Shown here in pieces: positions 12,901 to 23,297 of a stretch of DNA of 64,000 nt. Made by a program: the position numbers and the translations under genes. How positions within the stretch are numbered: the first letter of the stretch is position 1; every line of letters starts with the position of its first letter. The stretch covers positions 1 to 64,000 of the forward strand of contig JALDZS010000138.1 of assembly GCA_022813965.1 (NCBI GenBank), read 5' to 3'. The stretch is from Toensbergia leucococca. Lineage: Eukaryota. Below the pieces are notes generated by a model. It saw only the letters and a program-made list of their open reading frames with translations. It was not told the DNA's origin and searched no databases.

Positions 12901-14317
12901 CACACAGAAAAGGGAAGCTCAATCCTTTGTCAAGGTCTAACAGCGGTGCCAAACCAAATGCAGCTCATATTATCAGTCTCATCTCCGATCTGCAAAGCAT
13001 TGGCCAGAGAACACTGAACCAATTGCGAGAACGCTGTGCCTTGCCGACGTCAATGTCATTAAAAGTCTTTCAGGAACACCGGGCTACAGTAGAAATGCTT
13101 CAGGCCGTGACAGAACAACTGTCTTTGCTTTTGGAAGTGTCGAATTCTGCAAGTCAAGATTTTTGCCAAAATCGCATAATTTTGCAAGACGGAGAGTTTC
13201 TGGTTAAGTTATTTAAAGGATGCATTGCACAGGTGACAGCTCTCGAGGAACTCTTGAACAAATTACTTGCTTCTGTCGACACAACATTCCAACGAGCTCT
13301 TAAAGGGGTAACCCCGGCTTGGAAAGAGAAGCAAATCTCGGATATCAATGGCATGTTCATAAGTTATATATCTCAGATACGGATTGCGCGTTACAAGGCC
13401 AGTCTGAAGAAGAATACATATACCAGTTCGGATAGCAAATACGAAACCTCAGAGACAGTCGCTTCATCTTCCAAACCTAGCTTTGGGGTGTCGCTGAATC
13501 GGCTCTTTGAAAGAGACGGATCCTATGTACCTGTTGTTCTTTTGCAATGTATGGCCGCTGTTGAATGTTTCGGTCTTGATGTTGAAAGAATATATGCCAT
13601 TTCAGGAAAGGTGTCGAATGTCAAAACATTGAGATCTGTAGTAGATGACGGTGAGTTCCCTTGTGGCTCCCCTTACTCTTCGGTTAGGAACGTAGAGTTG
13701 ACAAGATATAGACGCTACAAAGATGGATTTCGGAGAAGCCAAGAACTTCTTTCATGACATCAAAAGTGTTGCTGTGATGTTGAAACAATTCCTTGCCGAG
13801 CTACCAGAGCCTCTTGTGACGGGTGAACTTCATGCTGAATTTGAAAAAGCTGCGCGTGCGTATGGGGTCCTCTGCTACTCGTGACTTTCTGACGTTTGCA
13901 GGTGTTACCGACGACGTCTCCCGGCTTGACGCTCTCCATGCAGTTATTAATCGTCTTCCAGATCCTAACTATGCAACTATAAGAGCGTTGATGTTTGTAA
14001 GTCTTGGACCGGCCCCAAGATTCCGTACGCTCGATGCTAAAACTCGTCAGCATTTGAGTCGCGTACAAGAAAAGCGGTCGGTAAATCACATGAATATTGG
14101 GAACTTGGCTATCTGCTTCGGGTATGTGTGTTCTTTCATCCTGGTGAAATGATGATGGCTCACGCTTTGATGCAGACCAATTGTCATGGGTATGACTCCC
14201 ACCGAAGGTTACACAGACGTTGCCTGGCACAATCGAATCTTGGAAACAATTCTAGCCAACGCGTATGCCATCTTCGACGAAGATGCGGCAATAGATCCGT
14301 CAAGGCCACCGTCATAG
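9945..14317 (+). CDS. Multidomain protein: Ser/Thr kinase + P-loop GTPase + coiled coil + helical STAND-N-like domain + RhoGAP (10 exons, ~1264 aa)
   Basis: Exons 9945-10247, 10310-10522, 10584-11440, 11572-11681, 11737-12582, 12637-13650, 13712-13855, 13902-13996, 14051-14121, 14176-14317 join in frame (3795 nt). Kinase: GRGGFG, AVK, HRDLKPEN, DFG, APE. GTPase: GPAGAGKST, DTPS, TTMWD. RhoGAP: FGVSL..LKQFLAELPEPL..LPDPNYAT..NHMNIGNLAICFGP. Confidence 0.75.
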
Positions 14318-15894
14318 CTGATCTAAGCTACGTTGTTGAAAAAACTTGCTTGTACACGTGTCTCCAATCTTAGTCATAGAAGTTGAATATGGCCGTCATG
14401 TCTGACTCGGACCTTTCTCCATCTTCAGTGCCGAGATGCCCTGCGCCGGAATCTCGACGAAGCGTGCGTGGATCTTGACCTTTTTCTTCACGCGAAACAA
14501 ACTTGTCTTGGCTATGTAGCGTGGAAGAGCCGGAACAGAGACATCGGAGATATTATTGGACTAAGGACGATCCTGACGTAAGTTGGATAAGCAGAGACGT
14601 TTTTGTCATTGTGTGGTGCGCTTCTTCTGGAAGATCAAGATCCACAGGCCCAACGGCTATTGATATGATCTGCCATGGATCGCCCACTATCAACGGGCCT
14701 TCGATTGCAGGGCCCTTGTCCGTTTTGCCGGCAGTTATAGACATTGTGAGGTATTTAGGCAATAAAGCAATCCTTGCGCATAAGCCCTACTCAGCCATAA
14801 GCTATACTAATCCTATCTGTTGTATCCAGCAGCGAAGGAAATCTATTGTTCACCCCGTCAGGTGGACACGGACGAATGAGCTGTGGGACGAGGGCCTGGC
14901 CCAGTGGCCAAAAGTCATTTTCCCCCAATTTAGGGACGATTGAACTTGTACATCATGCCCACTCAAGATTAAGCTGCTGGCAATGTATCTATGGACAGCA
15001 CATACGTGGCAAATCTCGGCGGTTGCTGCGTTGCCAATAGACTGGAAGACTTGGAATGGGAGATATTGGCGGTGAAAAGCAGATTGGTCGCTTCAATATA
15101 CTTTATTGGAGTTGGAAGCTTTGAGCGCAGGTAATGGTATCGACGAGGGTCAGATTCGCTGAAGATTGGCTCAGTCTCCACTTGCAGAGTTGCGGTGAGG
15201 TATGTACCAATGTTTTAAGGAGGAGGTCTCAAATGAGATGCGATTGGCAAAATCAGGTCACGGACAATACGAAGGACGCTTCCCTCCGAAGTACGCGCAA
15301 TACGAGATAATCGGAATGATTCCATGTCTCCGAGAAAAACCTGATTGAGAAGTATCCTTGATAATCCAAGGCAAGAAGGTTACGCAATATATTGATGCTA
15401 CGACAATGACGGCGATGACGAAATAGATCGTGACGATGGTCGAGGAAACAGAGTCTCTCGTTCAAGTTGATCATAGAACATGGAAGAATTCATGTCGGAC
15501 AATTGGTCAGCTTGGTCGGAATAGCCGCATCTATGGCTTTCGTCCAAAACCCCACATTCGGTCTCCTAACACTCAGGACCTCCCCTCGATCGATACCCCA
15601 CCCCCATGCTCAGCCCCCTCAATCCAGCAATGGAATCAGTTTGATTGGCAGATCCGGGAATGATGTGCAGCAGCGGTGGCAGTGGGGGATTGTCTCTGTA
15701 TGATGCGGGTTGTACTGCGCCTATCGGTGAAACATTCTTAAACCCTATCGACACAGCTAAATGTGCCATATGGCATTTTCCCCTGGCGCGCATATTCTTG
15801 AAGTGTGTCAAATCCGGCAGCACACCTGATCATTTGTTTTACAGTGCTAGCTGAATGTTACTGTCTGAGTCTGGAGGATTGGAAAAGGGCCATG

Positions 15895-15903
15895 TATATT
15901 ATA
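15895..15903 (+). promoter_or_regulatory. Putative TATA element of the repeat-peptide precursor gene
   Basis: TATATTATA ~125 nt upstream of ATG 16026, followed by a C/A-rich leader typical of fungal 5' UTRs. Confidence 0.35.
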
Positions 15904-16025
15904 CCCTCTCATCCCCACATTTCGCAAGCATCATCCAACGATCCCGGACTCAGATCATCATCATCTCACATATCTAAGCTACTCTACCTTCTATATCAAC
16001 CATCTTCTATACCACCTATCCAGCA

Positions 16026-16679
16026 ATGCATATCTTTACCACCTCACTTCTCCTTTCCCTAGCCGTCGCCGCCAACACACGTGCCATTCCCATATCCCCC
16101 AACGATGCCGCCGCCGTCAACAGTCGCGACGCCTCGGAGCCTGGCATTGCATCGGACATAATTCAGCGAGATGAGGAGCTTGAGAATATGATTGACGGTC
16201 TCAACGACTGGGCCGACCCATTTGCGAAGAGAGATGAGGAGCTTGAGAATATGATCGATGGTCTAAACGACTGGGCCACCGAGCCATTTGCCAAGAGGGC
16301 TGCTGTCAAAGATGCTACCGTCAAGAGGGTTGATGCAGCGACGGGTCTTGTTGAGCGCGCGAAAGAGGAACTAAAACTTGATAACATGATTGCTGGCCTC
16401 AACGAGTGGGCGGAACTTAGTGAGCGGAAGGCGGCTCCCGCTGCCATGGTTGATGTCAAGGCTAGAATGGAGGAACGGTCAAACGAATCGATTGATAACA
16501 TGGTCGAGGGACTTGATAGTTGGTCGAAGCTCTTTGCCAGAAAAGTTGCCGCATCAAGAAGACGTAAGCATTTACCTTTACTTTTCCTCTCCTTCCCCCA
16601 TATCTTTCCTGCTTATGACTAAACGTTTCTCACAGATGCCAAAGACCTCAAACCTCTCCTCGTCAGTGCACCTCAATAG
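16026..16679 (+). CDS. Secreted Kex2-processed repeat protein (KEP) / peptide precursor, ~193 aa; intron 16564-16635
   Basis: Signal peptide MHIFTTSLLLSLAVAANTRA; four related cores (DEELENMIDGLNDW x2, KLDNMIAGLNEW, SIDNMVEGLDSW) bounded by KR/RK/xR sites; a GT-AG intron gives the C-terminus RRHAKDLKPLLVSAPQ*. Confidence 0.85.
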
Positions 16680-17464
16680 CCGACATGGTCATCTCGGGAT
16701 AGATCGTAACAGTCGTTTTTTTTGATACCCCGAATGCTGCGGCCAAATCATTTTTATTTTCATTTTCTATTCATACTCTCAATCGTTTTTTATAATGCTT
16801 ATTTATGACCGCCTCCCGTTCGCGGTCAACCAGCGATGGTCATGACGCATGGGTTGGAAAGGCCGGGAAAGGGGAAGGGAAATGTGATAGCGACGGCGCT
16901 CTTAGTTGGCTAGCTTTGGATTCATTTATTGCTGTTCCATGAATCAACGGATTTCTAACACTTGTGTCTCAGACTTGATATTGTCACGTGAGTGGTGGAC
17001 ATTGGCTAATCTGACACTAAATCAATTTGCATCTGCCATCTGCCTTTCTACCTTTCTGCCCTTCTGCATGCTGCATGTCGCCCCAACCATCTCGGCTGCC
17101 TTAACTAGCGTCATGTCACTCCCCACGCCGAACTTCCAATAACCTTCACTTGACCTCAACGTGCTGATAGCCTTTCCTCCGGCCACTGAATTCCTACGCT
17201 GCTCGACAGGTTGCCAGGTTGATTACATTTGCTCCATCTGAAGGGTATCATCTGTTCCCAGCTCAGACAGTCCCAATTGACCCGTTGATCGAGAATAGCA
17301 TAGTTGCAATCGTTCTTTTTACCCGTCCCAACTACACCGCCCACGAAAATTTCAAAGCCGACGAGTAACATCATACAAGTAAGACAGATATTCAGAACCC
17401 TCTTGATTGTCTCTGCTAATTTTCACAGCTTGCACGAAACCTCTACACAACAAGCTCAATCACA

Positions 17465-18249
17465 ATGGCCAAAGTAAACCCTCACCTTCCCCACCTCCCC
17501 AACGACCACTCATCTCAAAACAGATAACCTACCTCCTCTTCGACTGCGACAACACCCTCGTCCTCTCTGAAGAACTCGCCTTCGAAGCCTGCGCCGACCT
17601 CTCCAACGAACTCCTTGCCAAACACAACATCAAAGACCGCTACACCGGCCCCCAACTAATGAACGAATTCGTTGGCCAAAATTTCCGCGGCGTGCTGATG
17701 TCCCTGCAGAAGAAATTCTCCTTCACCCTCTCCGACGACGAGCTAGAGTCCTACGTCGGGCAGGAACTGGCTCGCGTGATTGCCACATTGGAGAAAAAGG
17801 CCCAGCCGTGCGTGGGCTGCAACGAGGAGTTGGAAAAGCTGGCCAAGGAGAAGAAATACGGCATGGCAGTCGTGTCGTCATCGGCGCTGAGCCGGGTGCA
17901 GGCCAGCATCAAAAAGGTCGATCAGGCCAAATATTTCCCGCCCGAGCACGTCTTCAGCGCCGCCACTTCCCTACCCGTCCCCACCACCAAGCCCGACCCG
18001 GCCATCTACCTGCACGCGTGCAAGGTCATTGGTGTGCGGTCGCAGGAGTGCGTGGCAGTTGAGGACAGCAAGAGCGGGACTTTGAGCGCCGTGCGTGCGG
18101 GTATCCCGGTTGTGGGCTATGTGGGCAGTTATGAGGGGTCGGAGAAACAGGCGGAGATGGGGAAGGTGCTTCGGGAGAATGGGGCCATGGTTTTGATGAC
18201 GCATTGGAGTCAGTTTGAGGAGTGTTTGGCTGAGATTGAAGCTTTGTGA
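17465..18249 (+). CDS. HAD-superfamily hydrolase (beta-phosphoglucomutase/CbbY-like); intron 17474-17523
   Basis: Motif I FDCDNTL, motif II VVSSS, KPDPAIY, motif IV VEDSKSG. Confidence 0.9.
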
Positions 18250-18314
18250 AGTTTGGATGGGCGAAGACAAGAATTTGACGGGACTTTTTTTTTAGTTTGC
18301 GGAGGGTTGTTTCT

Positions 18315-18315
<1 letters not shown>

Positions 18316-18343
<28 letters not shown>
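18316..18343. repeat. (GCT)n microsatellite
   Basis: Run of gct triplets with one interruption. Confidence 0.8.
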
Positions 18344-18345
<2 letters not shown>

Positions 18346-18994
18346 CTATCGCTTATAGAATCATAACATCTATCCACTGGGAGAAAGAAACAGATAAGCC
18401 CCCTCATTTTAAAAAAGCAAAACGATCACTCTTTTTTTTTTCTTTTTCCTTTTTACTTTTACTCTCTACTCTCTTTCCCCCTCTCTCTCGCTACCTATGA
18501 AGACGGATCTGTTTGCTATCATCTGAAAAGTGGGACGAGTGCTTGTGCATTTACTTATGCTCTCACTCATTGTTATTGTATAATCTGTCATCATCATGAA
18601 ATATAATCTGTGAGCAAGATATGTAAGGTGTAAGCTATGACTTTTTTCAAAATTTACCTTGCAGAGACTTGAGGGGTGGTTTTTTGAGGCTAGGAGATTG
18701 TTATCTATTATCTGTGAAGTGAGAAAGATTGAGTCTTGACAGATTGATAGATATGATACAGATTGCATCCTTTTTTTGATTGAATTGTTTGATCTGATTT
18801 ATTGAGTTTGTTCTCTTTCTTTTTCTGCTTCTTATGAATCTTAGAAATATATTATTGAAAAATGAAGGAAGTCAGATTTTTAAATGTTTTGTTTGTAGTG
18901 AAGATGATAAATGTATCTGATTTGAGATTTGTATAAGGAGTGAGAATGTGTGTGTGAGAATGACAGTGTGTTTAAAGAGAAAGGTTTTAAATAA

Positions 18995-19575
18995 AGTGAT
19001 GATACATGTACACCCCCTTTTGATATCTGTACACCCCCTTTCTCCTTCTTCCTTGAGCGCAACATCACTGAGGGAAATTTTATCATTCTGCACCACAATT
19101 TGCCTCAAATCTCTATCACTTCACAAGTCAAATACCTGTTTCATTTGTGTGCCATCTAGAAATCAAATTACCTAGGGAATCATTCTGATATTGTATCACA
19201 TTTTCACTTAATTCTTCACCTCAGATGCAATATTATGATATTTGATCTACCTCTACCTCATGAACCTGAACCCTCACCTAGAGGGAGGTGAGGTGAAGTT
19301 TCTGTAGATAACAGGGTGTTTCATGATTTGAGAAGGAGGTGATGGTGATCATGCGCTCAGGGGTGAGAAAATCATGTCAGGATGTGATACAAAAGCGTGG
19401 TTTTTCTCCTCGGTAATTTGACTTCAAGATGGTACGCAAATGAAACAAGTAAATGGCTTGCAAAGTGATAGAGATTTGAGGCAAATTGTGGTGCAGAATG
19501 ATAAGATTTCCCTCAGTGATATTGCGCCTGAGAGGGGGTGTTCATGTATCAAAAAGGGGCGTCCATACATCAGTA
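18995..19575. mobile_element. Foldback/MITE-like element with ~230-bp imperfect inverted arms in an AT-rich island
   Basis: 19060-19120 (catcactgagggaaattttatcattctgcaccacaatttgcctcaaatctctatcact) is the near-exact reverse complement of ~19465-19522; similarity extends outward to both ends. Confidence 0.75.
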
Positions 19576-20566
19576 GTCATATATATCTGATGGTTTGAGT
19601 AAATAAAAGTGAAAGTGTCACATCACTAAACTGCCTCACTAATATCTCTCAACTCAAGAAAAATGATCAAAAGACTATAGATAAGCATATGATTATTTTT
19701 ATATAAGAACATCTATTAGATATACACACAAAAAGATAAAGAATTCAATTAACTTGACCTCTCAGATGATATAAACAGATATCACTGTGATCAAGACTAA
19801 AATCTTAAGAGTATCTATGACAGATTACACATTACTCTCAATCTTAGAACAGGAAGGCAGGGATAGGTAGTCTTACCTCACTTTCCCCTGCTTTTTTATG
19901 AAAAATTCTTCAAACACAGGAAATAGAAAATAGAAAACAGAGACAGAAACACACCCCTTACCCCTTCATACCCTCAAATATTGTCCAGGGGGTTTGAATC
20001 ACAGACCACATTGTCTCTTCCACTCAAACGTGTCCGTTTCACACCCCGCTCCATATACAATCCTTTCTCTACTTATTTTTCAGGTTGATTCGTGGCGGGG
20101 GGGGGTCGTGATTGGGGTGTTTTTAAGATTCTGGTCTCTAAGGGGAAGATTGGACAGTAAGGGAGTGAAGGCATGGATATGGGATTTCGTAACCATCGTA
20201 ATAAATCTCATTCGCATGCTCAAAAAAAAAAAAAAGGCCCTATCTCAACCCATCTATCGAAATTTGCCAAACAAAACCCCATATTTCGCCCGCTCGCTCG
20301 CTCTAAAAAAAAGTGGACAAAGATATGCAAATTTTCAGGATCGTGGTCACGTGGGGAGGGAAGAAAAAAACAAGCGTCAAGCACCAGCCATCCCATGCCC
20401 TTGGAAAAAATCGAGATGCAAACTCCACTGCATGCATGCATAAGTGCTCCTGTTGAGGCGAAGTCAACTCCCAGTTTCGATTTCTACATGGGGCAATGCA
20501 ATGCAAAATGTAGGAAATTCGTTGTCGTTTAATTTCGTCTCAAATCAGACGAATGATTTTTGATGT

Positions 20567-21830
20567 CTATCGCCCACCATAGGTCCCGTACGGATTCCCG
20601 TCATTATAACGTGGAGGTCCACTATCTCTGTCTCTATCTCTGGCACCACGACTAAGATCCGGCTCCGAAGCTCGATAACTCTTATCACCCCTACCGTAGC
20701 TAGGCCGCTGCGGAGGCGGACTGGAATTCCTCGCTTTGCCCTTTCGTACCCGCTTCTCGTGGCGTTGCTTCTTTTGCTCCTTGTGCTCCCTGTAGCCCTT
20801 GTGCGTCGCGTGCGCTCCCTGCCATTTGCCATACGCACCTTTGATACCCAGGGCAGCGATGCCAATAGCAGCGACGTCCTGCAGGCGGTTCTTGTTTTTT
20901 TCCTTCTGAGCTTGTTCGGGGGTGAGCTCACCGTTGCGTACTTGTTCGTAGCGCTTGTCACGTGATTCCATGGAGGCGTAGACGCCCGAGGCGGCGTGGA
21001 CCGTTGCAACAGTAGCGAGGCCGATGGTGAGAAGCTCCTTGCCGCGGATCTTCTTTGTGCGACGCTCGTCTTCAGAGGAGGAGAGGACACTGCTGGAATC
21101 AGAACTGTTGTCCACACTCGAGTCGTCGTCTTCTTTGCTGTTGCCGGTGGAGGTGGCGGTAGTGGATGTGGGAGGGCCGTAATTACCCGAGCGACGATCC
21201 AAACCTCTTTCACGGTTGGGTGGAGGATTGGCGCCGATATATGCTCCGGCTGCTAAGGCTGCAGCATCTTTCTGGGAAAGCGATGGCCCACGACGTCGGT
21301 TACGGGGGCCAGGAGAGATGGACGACTCGGAATCAGAGGATGATTCGTGGCCTCGGCCTCCTTGTTCATGTCAACTTAGCTGTAAAGGCATTGGATGATG
21401 GCAACTAACCTCTTTGCCGATAGTCACGCCTTTCGTCTCGTCCACCGACAGATCTTGCGCGTCCACCCCGCTGAGCATAGACTCTATTTGGGGGAGGAAA
21501 GGCCCTTGGTATTTCTTCAACGCTGGCTTCGCGGGGCCGATAGGCGTCACGATTACCATTGGATTGGGGGTTCCTTGAAGCAACAGCTTGGTCATCATAG
21601 TAGCCACGTGGCGGTCCTCGAGAATCTCGTGGTCTATCCGAAAAGCTCCTCCTCGGAGGACGATCGTAGTCATCCATTGAATCAGGATCTCGGTCTTGAT
21701 TGTTACGATTCTTTCGGCCAGGTATTGGGACTTTTTTGACCTTTTGTTTGGATTTATCGTAGATGGTGTCGTAATTTTGGATGAGTGGAACGGCGGCGCT
21801 GAGACCTAAGCCTAAGAATTGAGCAGCCAT
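20567..21830 (-). CDS. Fungal R/D/S-rich hypothetical protein (DUF3824-like C-terminus); one intron ~21409-21362
   Basis: KELLTIGLATVATVHAASGVYASME and LQDVAAIGIAALGIKGAYGKW motifs; two ORFs joined by a GT-AG intron. Confidence 0.7.
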
Positions 21831-22660
21831 TGTTGGTGAGTTGGTGAGTTGAAATATTAGGTGAGAGTGTGTGTTTCGGTACTAGACATGGTGGCAGTGA
21901 AGGCAAGATGAATGAGTTATTGAGCAGACTGGGTCGATGGTGGTGGCGAGTGGCGACAAGAGGAAGAAGAAGAAGTACCCTTGTGACCAATTCCTATCGA
22001 GGTATGATGATAGAAGAGAATAGCAGTCGAGGAATAGAGGAATAGTCTAATTTGTGCACCAGTTGTGTGCGGGGAATCATCGACATACGTGGCGGTGAGA
22101 GGTCCAACATGCAATTAATTAATGCACCATGATGAAACAACAGTCACTGTATTCTAGTTTGGCGCTAGCTATTTCACTACTTTACTATCAGTGTCACCGT
22201 CGCAGAAAAAGTCAGATGGTAAGAGGTGAGAGGGCAGAAGCCGACTGTCCGAAGGAATTAGAAGGATAAGGTAAGTGGTAAAGGAGCATGCCTGTATGAC
22301 ACCATGTCACAATTGCCTGATAGCGTTAGATGCCTTTTGACATGACGAAGAGGCTACGGGTAAGGTATTCTAAGGTACGGTAGCCTTCAACGTCCGAGTG
22401 TCTTCGGTCTTGGTCATCTCTTATCAATCAACGACCATCACTCTATTCATGCCATCCATCTTGCTGTGTCAGCTACATGACAATGTAAAGCACTAGAAAC
22501 ACGGAGAACATCTGTCATTGCACAAACAGACAACATTGACTCTCTCCTAAGCCATGATCACAATCTGACTGACCGACGAGAAAACCCATCACAGCACCCA
22601 TACTGACAACACCGACCACCGGGACAACAATCTGAAGGACTATCCCAGACACAAATACCG

Positions 22661-23297
22661 TCATATGTCCTGGCTGCACCACCAATCCGACCCTCCTATT
22701 TCGAGGGGCATTTGAATCCGCATGCCGCCAACTGGCGACGGGTATCTCCAGGGAGCCCGACTAAACGGACAATTAGTAACTGGCCGACAATTGGAAACTT
22801 TGATCCAGCAGCCAAGGGAACTTTACCACACGACGCATGTGTACCCTCCAATCTCGGCCCAATCATTGAAGCATCTCCAATGCACATTTTGGCCACATCC
22901 CAACCTACACCACGTATTATATCCGGGTATAATGTCCTCCTGGCAAATTGGGCACCTTCCCTCGGGCTCCCTTTGTTCCACCTCCTCCAGACCCTCGCCG
23001 GCTCCTTCATCTCTGTTCTTCCTCGTCGGACCATCCTTCCCCCTCATCTGACCATCCTTCCCACTCCCCTCCCCAATCTTCTCCTTCGTTGTCGCTGCCG
23101 CTGCCGCTCTCTTCGCCCTCTTCACCGATATCAAGCTCCCCCTCATTGGGACCTGATGTTTGTTGGGTTATCTGAAAAGGCTCTTGATTGAAAGTTGCCG
23201 TATCGGCACCAGTTGCATCAATTCCTTCGTTGTGACCTGCCTCGAAGTATATTCCCGACCCCTCTCTGTCGTCTTGTTGATTCGTATGATTTTCCAT
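22661..23297 (-). pseudogene. Acidic RING-finger protein, apparently frameshifted near 23010
   Basis: Spliced RING CPICQED..WCRLGCGQNVHWRCFNDW..TCVVC|RAPW; the upstream acidic ORF (23297-23007) stops just before it in another frame. Confidence 0.55.

Noticed and set aside
14500..15480. Possible decayed gene on the minus strand between the fusion gene and the KEP
   Set aside because: Short broken ORFs with no motif I can identify; a tailoring enzyme for the KEP cannot be supported.
17465..18249. HAD hydrolase as a partner of the KEP precursor
   Set aside because: Common conserved family; adjacency is the only link.
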